Positions 1-9,876 of a stretch of 62,838 nucleotides of DNA are shown here, piece by piece. The DNA is from Candidatus Bathyarchaeota archaeon. Lineage in GTDB: Archaea; Thermoproteota; Bathyarchaeia; RBG-16-48-13; JAGMEO01. Made by a program: the position numbers and the translations under genes. Positions within the stretch are counted from its first letter, which is position 1. Each line of letters opens with the position of its first letter. Under the pieces are notes generated by a model. It saw nothing but the letters and a program-made list of their open reading frames with translations, did not search any database and was not told the DNA's origin. The DNA lies in NCBI GenBank assembly GCA_030602965.1, contig JAUVYS010000001.1:1-62838 (forward strand), in the 5' to 3' direction.

Positions 1-313
1 GACGGATCTAGGTGGGAACTAGGGGTTCCCTGACCACAAATCCCCTCCATGGTGGACCGAAGACAAGGTGAGGCTTCTAGGCTCATTGTGTCTCTCAATC
101 CATCTGGCGTTGAGTACTCGTCCCTTGGGGTTGACGGTTTAGGTATGGCCTTCGTAGGAATGTCGTATCCGTATTCGTCGGGTGAACTTGGCTAGGCTCG
201 GGAGAGAGCAACCTAATCTCGAACGTTTAACGCTCAAGGGGTTGCGGGTATGAGCACAGGGATCGAGCAGCGCAATGAAAACCGGATGTCGATCCTCGAT
301 GATCCGTCGCCAC
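1..313 (+). ncRNA. Signal recognition particle (7S/SRP) RNA, 5' end cut by the window edge
   Basis: GC-rich block in an otherwise AT-rich window with no long ORF. Contains AGGCTCGGGAGAGAGCAACC, resembling the conserved helix-8 motif (GGUCCGGAAGGAAGCAGCC in E. coli 4.5S). 5' GACGGATC (1-8) pairs with GATCCGTC (301-308) like the terminal helix. An Alu-domain-like GGTGGGAACTAGGGGTTCCC lies near the 5' end. Confidence 0.7.
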
Positions 314-1246
314 TTAATTATTATTCAGTAAATTAAGCTCCATCAATATCTGGCAAGCTTTACATGTTTCTCTAGCCGTTGGCTCACTACAGATATCGCA
401 TTCTTGAAAATCGACTTTTTCAGTGAATTTTTCGATTGAACTCTGAATTCTCTGGAAAGACTTGTAAACAGTGAATTTAGTACCAGAATGCATTATTTCT
501 AGTCTATTAATGAAGGTCCTAACTTCGTTTCTACTTGAAGATCTAGCATAAGGACAAGCTGCCACTTGAAATCTAATATTCTTAAGGAAAGCATAGAACG
601 CTACTTCTTTCTCAGGGACTCCACAAAACGGCTTAACTCGCTTAACGAACTTTTTACACAAAAAAGTTGATTCTGTCCTAAAGATGCGTGCCACATCTCC
701 TCGAAGCACATTTAAGAATATAGTCTGTATCTCGTCATCTAAAGTATGCGCTGTTACTAGCTTATCTACTCCTGCATTTCTCGCTGTAACATTCAAGATC
801 TTTCTCCGTAACACACCACAATACGTACAAGCTGTGAGACCATGCTTTTTCTCTGCAACTTCAACTATCTCATCCATACCATAGCCATAAAACTCTTTGA
901 AAGATGTAATCATGTGTCTGAGGTTTAGAATTTTACATGTATCTGAAGCAATGTCAACTGCTTCATCTCTGTATCCAGCAATTCCCTCATCTACCGTGAT
1001 TGCTAGAAGTTTTGACTTTGGAAACCTTGCTTCGATCTTATGTAGTATATGAAGGAGTGAAACACTGTCTTTTCCGCCTGATAGTGCAACTGCGATTGTG
1101 TCTGAAGGAGTGAACATATTGTACTTTGAAACAGCTTTTTGCACTCTTTCCTCAGTGGATTTTACGAAGCATTGTCCACAGAGTTTTTTACCAGAATATC
1201 TTTGGAAGAAGACAGCTACATCATCGCAAGTTGAACATTTAATCAT
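314..1246 (-). CDS. tRNA 2-thiolation PP-loop ATPase (Ncs6/Ctu1/TtuA family)
   Basis: N-terminal CxxC...CxxC zinc finger (CSTCDD...CGQCF), PP-loop SGGKDS, C-terminal CDIC...CKAC cluster. The track ORF extends to 1279; MIKCSTC at 1246 is the more likely start. Confidence 0.8.
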   Translation of the reverse strand: MIKCSTCDDVAVFFQRYSGKKLCGQCFVKSTEERVQKAVSKYNMFTPSDTIAVALSGGKDSVSLLHILHKIEARFPKSKLLAITVDEGIAGYRDEAVDIASDTCKILNLRHMITSFKEFYGYGMDEIVEVAEKKHGLTACTYCGVLRRKILNVTARNAGVDKLVTAHTLDDEIQTIFLNVLRGDVARIFRTESTFLCKKFVKRVKPFCGVPEKEVAFYAFLKNIRFQVAACPYARSSSRNEVRTFINRLEIMHSGTKFTVYKSFQRIQSSIEKFTEKVDFQECDICSEPTARETCKACQILMELNLLNNN

Positions 1247-1259
1247 GGTCTTATACCAC

Positions 1260-2393
1260 CTAGATCGGGGTGTGACCATATCTCATGAAGGTTAATCCCA
1301 CGTTTGAAACCAATAACATCAAAGAAGTCAGACTCAAAAGGATTCGCGCCGTTTTTGCTGCTCTCTTGGAATGTTTCTCAACAATTGCCCAAACATAGGC
1401 GTCGCCGTCCAAAGGGTAGAGTGGTAACATATTGAATATAGAGACGTTAATAAGCACAAGCAAGATCCATTCGAAGAAAAGTCTAGTATGATAGCCTAAG
1501 AAAGCTCCTCCTCCAAAACGTAAAGGATAATAGTTGACCCATTGTACACCAAGGCTTCCCATACTACTATTATGAACACTTGGTTCTGCAACCACAACTA
1601 AAATACCCCGAGAACTATTAAATTTGATCGTATCTCCTGGTTGACGGCTTCTTAATAACCAGCTAATTTCGTAAACATCGTTAATTGTTGTGTCATTTAT
1701 CGCATATACGATGTCCCATTGTTTTAAACCAGCCTCATAGGCTGGTCCATCGGTACGTACACCTTGTATCACGACTCCTGAAGAAGAAAGAATAAGACCG
1801 TTCATCAAAAGTATGACAAGAAAGCCTACAATGAGGTTAATGAACGATCCTGATGAGACAACTCTCAATTTTGCAGATGTACTTAATTTCTGAAATTGTT
1901 CTTCATCTGGCTCAACAAATCCTCCAATTGTAACTAAAGCTAAAATAATCCCTGCTGATTTTATCTTGATTTTCTCTCCACATGCTGCAATTCCATGAGC
2001 AAATTCATGGGTTATTAATGTAAGAGCAATAGCAGTCATTAGGTAAGGAACCCATGTTAAACTAATCGTAACTCCTGGTAAAAGAAGAAAAACTGGTTGA
2101 GCTGTTTGAGGCATTGATAAGAACCTGTAAAGATTACTCGCAAGAGAATAGACTGCAAAGATTATCTGTCCAAAAGCCACTAAGATGCCAAAATTCCACA
2201 CTCCTCTCAAGAAGGAAGGATGACGTCCAGCCGTTCTTTGAAGAAAGTTATTTAAACGCTGAGTTCTACGCATTACATAAAGTGGCCCTACTTCCAAACC
2301 ATATTTCTTTAAAGGCCACCGTTTATCCGCCAAGTATAGCAATAACCAGAATACAGCAGCACCCGTAATTATTTCTAAAGGACCTAAATCCAC
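1260..2393 (-). CDS. Site-2 protease family (M50) membrane metalloprotease with PDZ-like insert
   Basis: HEFAHG (HExxH) in a TM segment, downstream NMLPLYPLDGD motif, several hydrophobic helices. Confidence 0.8.
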   Translation of the reverse strand: MDLGPLEIITGAAVFWLLLYLADKRWPLKKYGLEVGPLYVMRRTQRLNNFLQRTAGRHPSFLRGVWNFGILVAFGQIIFAVYSLASNLYRFLSMPQTAQPVFLLLPGVTISLTWVPYLMTAIALTLITHEFAHGIAACGEKIKIKSAGIILALVTIGGFVEPDEEQFQKLSTSAKLRVVSSGSFINLIVGFLVILLMNGLILSSSGVVIQGVRTDGPAYEAGLKQWDIVYAINDTTINDVYEISWLLRSRQPGDTIKFNSSRGILVVVAEPSVHNSSMGSLGVQWVNYYPLRFGGGAFLGYHTRLFFEWILLVLINVSIFNMLPLYPLDGDAYVWAIVEKHSKRAAKTARILLSLTSLMLLVSNVGLTFMRYGHTPI

Positions 2394-2536
2394 CTTAAAT
2401 TCAACTCATACTTTCTAACAACTGAAGAAATGCTTTGCTTTATATTTTCTGTCTCAAAAATACTCTTTTAACATAAGATAGGTCTAAAAAAACACTTAGT
2501 TAAGACAGGTCTTAATAAGACAATTATACAAAAAAT

Positions 2537-3388
2537 ATGGTGATATTATTGATAAACACAATTGGTATTGTTACACGTCTTGATCTTAAAGAGGTGTTCT
2601 CTCTAGTTAAGAGTGTAGAAGCTCATCTTCAAGAGAGGGGAATTAAAATTATATTGGAATCTACTTTAGCCAAACTTGGAAAATTATCATCACCAGCAAC
2701 CCATTTAAACAAATTGAAAGCCGACATCATGGTCAGTATTGGTGGTGATGGCACTCTGCTTAAGACTTGTCTTTATATTCCAAGACCTGAAACTCCGATC
2801 TTAGCAGTGAATATGGGAAGAAGAGGATTCTTGACTGAGGTTGACCCTCAGGAAGTACTGCCAGCAATCGATAGATGTATAAAAGGTGACTACATCTTAG
2901 AGAGATACATTAAGCTTTCATCAGTTGCTGGTAGAAAAAGATTACCTGACGCTCTTAATGAACTTTTAATCGCCTCAATATCTCCATCGAAAGTTATAGG
3001 TCTCAGGATCAGCAAAGATGGGCTACCAGTTACTGAATGTTATTGCGATGGACTTATTATTGCCACTCCAACCGGTTCAACGGCACATTCCCTATCGGCT
3101 GGAGGCTCTGTTTTAGATCCAAAGCTAGAAGCATTCATCTTGACCCCTATTTGCCCCGTTGTGCCTACTCCACCAATTGTATTTTCTTCTATGAACAAAA
3201 TTCAGATACAGCTTATAAAAATTAAAAATAAAGCAAGAGTTTCAATTGATGGACAATACCAAACATCAATTTCTAGAAGCAAAACAATTGCTATCAATAA
3301 ATCTAAACACTATGCAAGTATAATCCGTTTTAGTAAAAATTTTTATAACCGTTTAAGACGCCGCTTTCCCTTAGCCATTACTGAGTAA
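2537..3388 (+). CDS. nadK: NAD kinase
   Basis: GGDGTLL and ATPTGSTAHSLSAGG motifs typical of NAD kinases. Confidence 0.9.
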   Translation: MVILLINTIGIVTRLDLKEVFSLVKSVEAHLQERGIKIILESTLAKLGKLSSPATHLNKLKADIMVSIGGDGTLLKTCLYIPRPETPILAVNMGRRGFLTEVDPQEVLPAIDRCIKGDYILERYIKLSSVAGRKRLPDALNELLIASISPSKVIGLRISKDGLPVTECYCDGLIIATPTGSTAHSLSAGGSVLDPKLEAFILTPICPVVPTPPIVFSSMNKIQIQLIKIKNKARVSIDGQYQTSISRSKTIAINKSKHYASIIRFSKNFYNRLRRRFPLAITE

Positions 3389-3390
3389 TA

Positions 3391-3949
3391 ATGATTTTAA
3401 AAAAGCTAGGATAATCGTTCTCGACACGACGGCTCTCGTTATGGGATACAATCCATTATCTGTAGATAAGGATCATTATACTGTTCCAGGTATTCTGAAA
3501 GAACTCGTTCCTGAGACTTTAACATGGTTCCGTTTTAATACCGCCTTAAAAACTGGGAAAATACAGCTTAAAACTCCGACAGCAAAATTTTTGAAAATTA
3601 TTGCTGAGTGTTCTAATGTAACTGGAGACTCAAGTGTCTTGTCAAATGTTGACAAACAGATTCTTGCTCTTGCACTGGAATTAAAGATGCAAGGCGCCCC
3701 GCCATTAATTGTGTCAAATGATTATGCTGTACAGATACAGCTAATCAGCTTGGTCTAGAATACACATCTCTTTCAACCTTTGGAATACGCTATCGTTTTA
3801 AGTGGATTCTATATTGCCCTGCTTGCTTCAGAAGGTATCGATTGAAGTTAGCTGGGGAGAAGTGTAGAGTGTGTGGTACACCACTTAGAAGACGAGTGTT
3901 AAAAAAGATTTCAATAAGTAAGAACCGTTTCAAATCGTTTGTAGTTTAG
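3391..3949 (+). pseudogene. Nob1-like PIN-domain endonuclease with C-terminal zinc ribbon, interrupted by two single-base frameshifts
   Basis: ATG at 3391 runs into a stop after 7 codons. Adding one A to the A6 run at 3399-3404 gives MILKKARIIVLDTTALVMGYNPL, continuous with the 3441 ORF (PIN acidic-residue context). That ORF stops at 3758. One missing base near 3735 joins it to ...TANQLGLEYTSL...YCPACFRRY...CRVCGTPLRRR, ending at 3949. Confidence 0.7.
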
Positions 3950-4008
3950 CTATAAAGAACCCCGGACAGTCATGTAAATCAGGATAAAAACATTGCGTAA
4001 ACTCAGTA

Positions 4009-5179
4009 TCAGGAAGAAAAGGTGAATTTTCCCGTGAACCAAAAATAATAAGCTTGGTCTATCAATTCTAACCCTTGCTCTTTAATCATATTATCTATAA
4101 CTGCTTTGTTTTCTCCCACTGTCATAGTACAAGTGCTATAAACAATTATGCCTTTAGGTTTAACAATCTTAGAAGCTGCTCTTAAAAACTGTCTCTGATA
4201 GGTAGCTAAAGCATTTACCTCTTCGTTTGTTGTGTAGTCAAAGAGTTTAGGTCGAACTACAACTGATGAACATGGAGGATCTACACTTACTCGGTCGGCC
4301 CTAATATCAGGGAAAGCCACATCCAGATATCTCGCATCATAAGAGATGAATTTAACATTTTCAACATCTAATCAGGTTATTGTTTCACGCAGTCTTTTCA
4401 CTTTCTCAGCATTCCAATCAACCGCTATAATTTTACCCTTGTTCTCCATTAATTGAGCAATATGTCCTGTTTTTCCTCCAGAAGTAGCACATAGATCCAC
4501 AACAATCTCACCTGGTTGAGGATCTAAAACCAAACCTGTAACGATCGAAGGAAAAGATTGATTATAAATATAGCTATCTTTGAACTCTGGAGTTTCTCTA
4601 AAACTCGGAACGTGATATATGGGGTGTGTAACTCTAACTGCTAATCCATGTCTATATGTCAGAATTTCTGTCTCATCCATCTCTACAGTTCCAACGGCAA
4701 CCGCTTGATCATATTTGTCAACCACCGTTACCAAGGCGCCTTTTCTCAGTCCTGTGCATTTAACAATTCCTGAAGCTTAGAGATGTGCTCCTTGAAGAAC
4801 CCGTTCAGCTGAAAACTTGTCAGCTATAACTCTCTTCTTTATTTCTGGGATTTTAAATGGACCATTAACTTTCACAAATAATACTTCATGAATTTCTGGA
4901 TGCTGTTCAATTTTTAATCCCTTTTTTCTCAAAACTAGTAATAATGTCCTCAGGTTCTGTTTTGATTGTGTTTACCCTGATTGGATAATGCCTACTAGGA
5001 TGCTTTAATGCTTGAAGACCGCTTTCAACTTTATCACCATATAGAACCATCAATTGGCTGATAATATCCTCGGAGAAAAGATAATACTCAGAAAGAGTCT
5101 CTATTTTTTTCTCAATGTTTTTATTTAAAGACAAAAAAATGCTTTGGTTACTTGGATATCTCACATACTTTTTCTCCAA
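4009..5179 (-). pseudogene. NOL1/NOP2/Sun-family RNA (cytosine-C5) methyltransferase with PUA domain, disrupted
   Basis: Three collinear ORF fragments. SAM-binding DLCATSGGKTGH, catalytic DRVSVDPPCSS and YSTCT motifs. Disrupted by an extra base in the T5 run at 4911-4915, an in-frame TAA (4777-4779) and an in-frame TGA (4372-4374). Confidence 0.75.
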
Positions 5180-5330
5180 AAATAGAACAAAAAATATTAC
5201 TGAATTATAGACTTCAAAACCAACAAAGAATAATAAAGTTTAGTATGATTTTGAGATTTTCATTATTCAAAATATTGACTAGTTCTAATTATGAGAAAAA
5301 GAAAATCCAAAAAGTTCGATTAATATACGA

Positions 5331-6176
5331 TTAAGGGATTATTACTTGATCTTTTCTCCATAGTCTTGAAAGGTATATTGCAGGTACAGCTACTAAAGCA
5401 AGGACAGTTAAAGTTAAAGCATTATTGGAAAAGAATCTTAGAATCATATTGAACGGATTATTATATTCGGCTTGTTCTACTCTTAAAGCTTCTAGTGCAA
5501 CATAAGCTGTTACTAAAGCATTATTATAATCTTCGTTCTGATAGTAGAGCTTTGCTTTGTATAATTGCGATTCATAATATGTTTTTCTGTGTGTAGGAAG
5601 ATTGGATCCTGTAAGTTCTATCTCTAATTCTTGAATTGTTACAGCTGCTTCTACCTTAGGACCTTCTACTGGTTCTTCTGACTCTGGTGTGATACTAAAG
5701 GTGAATATAGGGATAAAATTTTCTCCATCGGCCGAATAGCTGAGATCTGCAAGGATCATTGTTGTACCTTGTTGTAGATTATTCCAGTTTATAGTGCCCA
5801 TTATTGTTATTATGATCCTGTTTGCCTTTGTTTCGGCGGTCCAACTATTTTCACCAGATTGTTCTCCTATAAAGCCTAAATCACTTTGACCCATGATTGC
5901 AGTATTTAATAGTCCAGACCAGAGACGCCATGTTAATTCAATTTCATCTGAGTTTACAACCGTGATCACTATTTCTGCTTCTCCTTGTCCAAAGTACTCA
6001 GAATCCAAGGCTACTATCATAGATTGGGGAGGAGATGGCGTGACATGAACAGATGATCCTTCTAAGTAAAAGGTCACTAGAGTAACTTGAATATTGTATG
6101 ATGCAAAGGATGCTGGTAATCCTATTGAAATAAGAGTTATCAATAGAACCGTTTTCCATCGTTTCATGAATACCAC
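5331..6176 (-). CDS. Hypothetical bitopic membrane/secreted protein
   Basis: N-terminal hydrophobic signal/anchor (KTVLLITLISIGLPASFA) and C-terminal TM (LTLTVLALVAVPAIYL). Overlaps the upstream gene by 13 nt, suggesting an operon. Confidence 0.5.
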   Translation of the reverse strand: MVFMKRWKTVLLITLISIGLPASFASYNIQVTLVTFYLEGSSVHVTPSPPQSMIVALDSEYFGQGEAEIVITVVNSDEIELTWRLWSGLLNTAIMGQSDLGFIGEQSGENSWTAETKANRIIITIMGTINWNNLQQGTTMILADLSYSADGENFIPIFTFSITPESEEPVEGPKVEAAVTIQELEIELTGSNLPTHRKTYYESQLYKAKLYYQNEDYNNALVTAYVALEALRVEQAEYNNPFNMILRFFSNNALTLTVLALVAVPAIYLSRLWRKDQVIIP

Positions 6177-7498
6177 CTCTCACCAAGCAACTCATCTATA
6201 TTTAAATCGGCATTCCTCGACAGCATCTGGTAATCCTGAAATCCTTCAAAAACTAATTTGTCAAATTCCTTCCTTCCAACTGGAACAAGATCACTAATCT
6301 CTTCAATATCCTTTGGTTCACGTTTAACTCCATAAATCCAATCAATCTCTGGCGTTGTTGTAATTAATGGGGTAAATCGTGTAACATAGATTTGTTTCAA
6401 TTTTTTATTACCGAGAAGTAATGTAGTCGCTGTTCTTGGGATTGCCGCCAATTCTTCAGCTTCCATAAGTTCTTGTTCAGTTATGTTTCCAATAACTGTT
6501 ACAACTTCAAACACTTTTTCATCCTCCAATTCATTCTTATTTTTACAAACATGAAGTAGGGAAGTTCTTGGATCACGCCACACACCATGTAGCATAGATG
6601 TCAATATTGAAACGGTTGCTTTGTGATCCTTTCGCTCTCTAAGCCTTTTACGAAAAACGGGTAAATGTCTACGGTCAATAGAAACAGCAATAATTGGACT
6701 GCTTCTCATGAGATTATACCAAATATCACCTACACTAAGGCTGCTGCGATACCATAACGCAGATGAGGCTGTAGTTATTATTGCATATGCAATTTGATAA
6801 TCAATTTCTTTACTTGTTAAAGAGAGTGGATTCCGCCAATTTGCATACAATACCATGACGTTGTTGTTGAATCCTCTTTCTAATAACAGTGGAAGATATT
6901 TCTTGAAATTATGTTGAGTTGGAAGATCTTTGCCAATGACCCCTATACATATGTACATGTTAAGTGCCTTTAATAAATTCCGTGATAATGCACGGAAATA
7001 CATGCCTTGAGAAAGACTTGTAGCACCGAACCCTTCCTCTGTTACTGCTATCCTTGTTTTTAGACCGAGTGTTTCAAAATGTTTTTTCAGAACATCAATT
7101 ATTTTGTGTATATCTCTTCTCCAATATCCTAAATCCTCAAGTGCTTGTGTAACATTCTTACCGTAACCTGGATGTCCCCATGTTGGAAAGAAGAAATTTT
7201 TTCCACGCTTAATAGGTTTGATAACATCTTTAATTCGGTCAAAGACGTTTCCTTTTATAGATTGAAGTGCTTTGTTGTTTGCCTCAACATTTACCAGCTC
7301 TGAGTCTGAAATAAGCCAACTTCCGAACATTCTCATACATCCAAGGGCTTGAGCACTATAGCAAAGTCTGGCAGACATATTACTGGCGTAGGTACCAATA
7401 CTTCCAACGTGAATTAAGCAAGGCTTAGTTGGAATTGTTATTCCCTCAGATGCTCCTGGTTCTGGTTCTCCTCTTGGGACACTTGTTATTTCAGACAA
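6164..7498 (-). CDS. Hypothetical protein, possibly a very divergent FtsZ/tubulin-superfamily fold
   Basis: Long ORF with TTG start. Weak pattern resemblance only: LIHVGSIGTYASN (T1-like), WGHPGYGKNV (T3-like), SVGDIWYNLMRSSPIIAVSI (T7/H8-like). Confidence 0.5.
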   Translation of the reverse strand: MSEITSVPRGEPEPGASEGITIPTKPCLIHVGSIGTYASNMSARLCYSAQALGCMRMFGSWLISDSELVNVEANNKALQSIKGNVFDRIKDVIKPIKRGKNFFFPTWGHPGYGKNVTQALEDLGYWRRDIHKIIDVLKKHFETLGLKTRIAVTEEGFGATSLSQGMYFRALSRNLLKALNMYICIGVIGKDLPTQHNFKKYLPLLLERGFNNNVMVLYANWRNPLSLTSKEIDYQIAYAIITTASSALWYRSSLSVGDIWYNLMRSSPIIAVSIDRRHLPVFRKRLRERKDHKATVSILTSMLHGVWRDPRTSLLHVCKNKNELEDEKVFEVVTVIGNITEQELMEAEELAAIPRTATTLLLGNKKLKQIYVTRFTPLITTTPEIDWIYGVKREPKDIEEISDLVPVGRKEFDKLVFEGFQDYQMLSRNADLNIDELLGERWYS

Positions 7499-7683
7499 TA
7501 TGACTACCTGATTCTTTGAGTTCTTTGTTTCTATGATTTAAACCATCAAAATAGTTGACATCAATACTTTAGTTCAATATTAAATTGTGGTTTAGTATTT
7601 AAGCTTTCCCACCGTCAACTGTATAAAAACCAAAATTCGCATAAACACATAAAACCATAATTAGTTTTAAAGAGGTTAAGCAT

Positions 7684-7782
7684 GGGCCGGTGGTCTAGTA
7701 GCTAGGATACATCAAACCTTCGTTTGAGTTCAATACCCTTACAAGGTAGTGATCGTGGGTGCAAATCCCACCCGGCCCACCA
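7684..7782 (+). tRNA. tRNA-Val (anticodon TAC) with a 23-nt intron at a non-canonical position; CCA encoded
   Basis: Acceptor GGGCCGG/CCGGCCC, discriminator A. D-arm GTCT-AGTAGCTA-GGAT, T-arm GTGGG-TGCAAAT-CCCAC. Removing 7711-7733 gives anticodon arm CTACC-CTTACAA-GGTAG and a 73-nt mature body. Confidence 0.8.
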
Positions 7783-7792
7783 GAAATAGTGG

Positions 7793-7799
7793 TTTTTTT
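7793..7799 (+). terminator. Oligo-T tract downstream of tRNA-Val
   Basis: T7 run 11 nt after the encoded CCA. Archaeal RNA polymerase terminates at oligo-T. Confidence 0.35.
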
Positions 7800-7814
7800 A
7801 ATAGATTAAAATGA

Positions 7815-8420
7815 TTAGAAAAACCATAATTTAGCTAAATATATCGCGGTCAAATGAAGAGGGTAATATACGTAGAAGATGTACTTTCTCCATGCCGGAT
7901 ATACTTCATTTCTATAAGCCTCTCTTTCAATTTTCAAAAAACCATGCTTGTGAAGAAGAAGAAATGGTAAAGCAAAAAGTGAAAAAGCTTGGATTGGGGA
8001 AATTAACATAGAAAAAGCACTTAGTAACACAAACAGAACAATACCCTCCTTTGTGTTTTCTTTAATAACTTTCATACAATAAATCATTGCAATACCATAG
8101 AGGCCATAATCAAAGTAAATAAAGAAAGAAAGACAAACAGGAACTAAAATCATTAACTCATCAATAAGGAACAAAACACCAAAAGACAAAGTGAAAAAGA
8201 TGTTTAAATACTCAAAGGGTTCATGACCCAGAGCAAGATGAAACGGTATCTGAGAAATCAGAGCAAAAAGAAGAAGCCTAAATAAGTAATTCTTCACATT
8301 CCTAGTACTTTCAACTCCAAGGACTATTAGATAGCTGAATATTGGGAAGGATGTTCTTCCTATTATGCGAAAAACAGTATCATCAGTAAATAAAATTGCT
8401 CCCAAATGGTCTATTGTCAT
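7815..8420 (-). CDS. TraX-family membrane protein (N-terminus probably extends upstream)
   Basis: ITMTIDHLGAILF...RIIGRTSFPIFSYLIVLG matches the TraX pattern. The same frame stays open upstream (REVLKLIAVIT). An out-of-frame ATG at 8493 is separated by the A6T6 tract at 8463-8474. Confidence 0.7.
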   Translation of the reverse strand: MTIDHLGAILFTDDTVFRIIGRTSFPIFSYLIVLGVESTRNVKNYLFRLLLFALISQIPFHLALGHEPFEYLNIFFTLSFGVLFLIDELMILVPVCLSFFIYFDYGLYGIAMIYCMKVIKENTKEGIVLFVLLSAFSMLISPIQAFSLFALPFLLLHKHGFLKIEREAYRNEVYPAWRKYIFYVYYPLHLTAIYLAKLWFF

Positions 8421-8568
8421 CGTTATTACAGCAATTAGCTTCAGTACTTCTCTTCCTATATCAAAAAATTTTTTCAGAGAACAGACACCCCATAAATGTG
8501 TATTAGAGATTATATAATCAACTATGATGGGAATAGTATTAAGGACGTCAAATTATCTTAACAGTTTT

Positions 8569-8970
8569 TTATGAAATAATGATTTTAAATATGAAAACTT
8601 GTTCGTTTCTTAATTTTGCATAAACATGAATGTCAATAGCGTCCATATCTAAATATGCTACTTGTTCTAAGCCATGTTCTTTAATCATATTACTAAAAAC
8701 ATAGCAATCTGGTTTCCAGTTGTTTTGTTCAGCAACAATTTGATGTTTAGTTCCATCTGGAATAGATTCCAGTTGTAAAACAGTTATACCTTGCCATTCA
8801 ATGACGCTTTTAACCTCCTCTTTCAGTTGGTTACTAGTCTCAATTCGTCCATAATGCCAGGGTATAAAAGAAAAGAGAATGTATGTTACAATGATTCCAG
8901 TTGTAGCAATCAAGTATTTTAAGTTCTTTTTTAAAAATGATTTACGAGGTTTTTTTCTTCTTTTTTTCAT
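8569..8970 (-). CDS. Hypothetical protein with N-terminal membrane anchor
   Basis: Basic N-terminus (MKKRRKKPRK) followed by one hydrophobic helix. No recognisable motif. Confidence 0.4.
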   Translation of the reverse strand: MKKRRKKPRKSFLKKNLKYLIATTGIIVTYILFSFIPWHYGRIETSNQLKEEVKSVIEWQGITVLQLESIPDGTKHQIVAEQNNWKPDCYVFSNMIKEHGLEQVAYLDMDAIDIHVYAKLRNEQVFIFKIIIS

Positions 8971-9111
8971 TACTCTTGTTCCTCATTTTATTCAATGTTG
9001 ATTGTTGTTATACATCATTCCAAATCGATCATAGACAACAATCAGAGACGTTAAACTTCATCAACGGTTTATTTACTAATTAATCTAATCATAGAAATTA
9101 ATGATTAAAAT

Positions 9112-9876
9112 CTAACTTTTTCTTAATTTTTTGGGGGAGAAAGCACATAATGGAACTCCAAAAAGGAAACGTCCGATTTTAGCAATTATGCCAGGGGCGT
9201 CTACACCAAGTTTACAGATTATTGAGTGTTCTAAGAATCCCAACTCATCTATCTTAATTATAAAATGTCCCATCTTCGATCTTCGAATAGCATGTTCGAC
9301 TTGTTTTAATGTACTACCGAGTATTACAATTCTTTCAAAATCGAAGTTTACCCATTCAATAAATATTTTGCGTTGGCTTTCTGAGAGCTCTGCTTCTATT
9401 TGGTTTTTTTTAGAATCTACTTTTGTTAGTAGAATTTTTAATGGAAAGTGCTCATGAAGGCAATAATGATTTATTATGTGATCAATGGAATGTTTCATTC
9501 CGTTTGCCAGTTGAGCACGCAACTTGTTGCGTGGAATTAAAGCATCAATCATTTCAGGGGAAGAAACACCAATGTCAACGCATATACCATTACTAACTTT
9601 ATGTGGACTAATAATTCTGCCACATATAGTTGAAGGAACACATAACCCATCTAATGTCGTATGGGCTTTGCCAAATTTACTTTTAAGATAATTTACTGCT
9701 GCTATTTCATCTTCTCCTATTATCTCGACTTGAATCCAATCTCGACGATTCATTGTAATGTTTTTTACTTTAACTTTTATGTTTGATAATTCTTTTTGTA
9801 AAATTGTTTGAAATTGTTGGAAAGCTTCGATTTTCTTCGAACCGTAGAACTTCTGTGAAAGCGTGATTTTTACCAA
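9112..9876 (-). CDS. Conserved-looking archaeal hypothetical protein (possibly DUF2110-like)
   Basis: 254-aa ORF with TTG start, overlapping the end of the upstream HD gene by 7 nt. The family assignment is from memory only. Confidence 0.5.
   Translation of the reverse strand: MVKITLSQKFYGSKKIEAFQQFQTILQKELSNIKVKVKNITMNRRDWIQVEIIGEDEIAAVNYLKSKFGKAHTTLDGLCVPSTICGRIISPHKVSNGICVDIGVSSPEMIDALIPRNKLRAQLANGMKHSIDHIINHYCLHEHFPLKILLTKVDSKKNQIEAELSESQRKIFIEWVNFDFERIVILGSTLKQVEHAIRRSKMGHFIIKIDELGFLEHSIICKLGVDAPGIIAKIGRFLFGVPLCAFSPKKLRKS

Noticed and set aside
1-313. GC-rich leading block considered as an rRNA fragment or RNase P RNA.
   Set aside because: No 23S/16S landmark strings and no RNase P GGAAAGTCC-type motif were seen. 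The helix-8-like GGCTCGGGAGAGAGCAACC and the terminal helix pairing fit SRP RNA better.
4372-4779. In-frame TGA and TAA codons inside otherwise well-conserved genes (also 34673-34675 and 35037-35039) could indicate stop-codon reassignment.
   Set aside because: Dozens of well-supported genes in the window end at TAA, TGA or TAG at the expected protein C-termini, for example DP2 at TGA, NAD kinase at TAA and the MBL hydrolase at TAG. They do not read through. The internal stops are confined to genes that also carry frameshifts.
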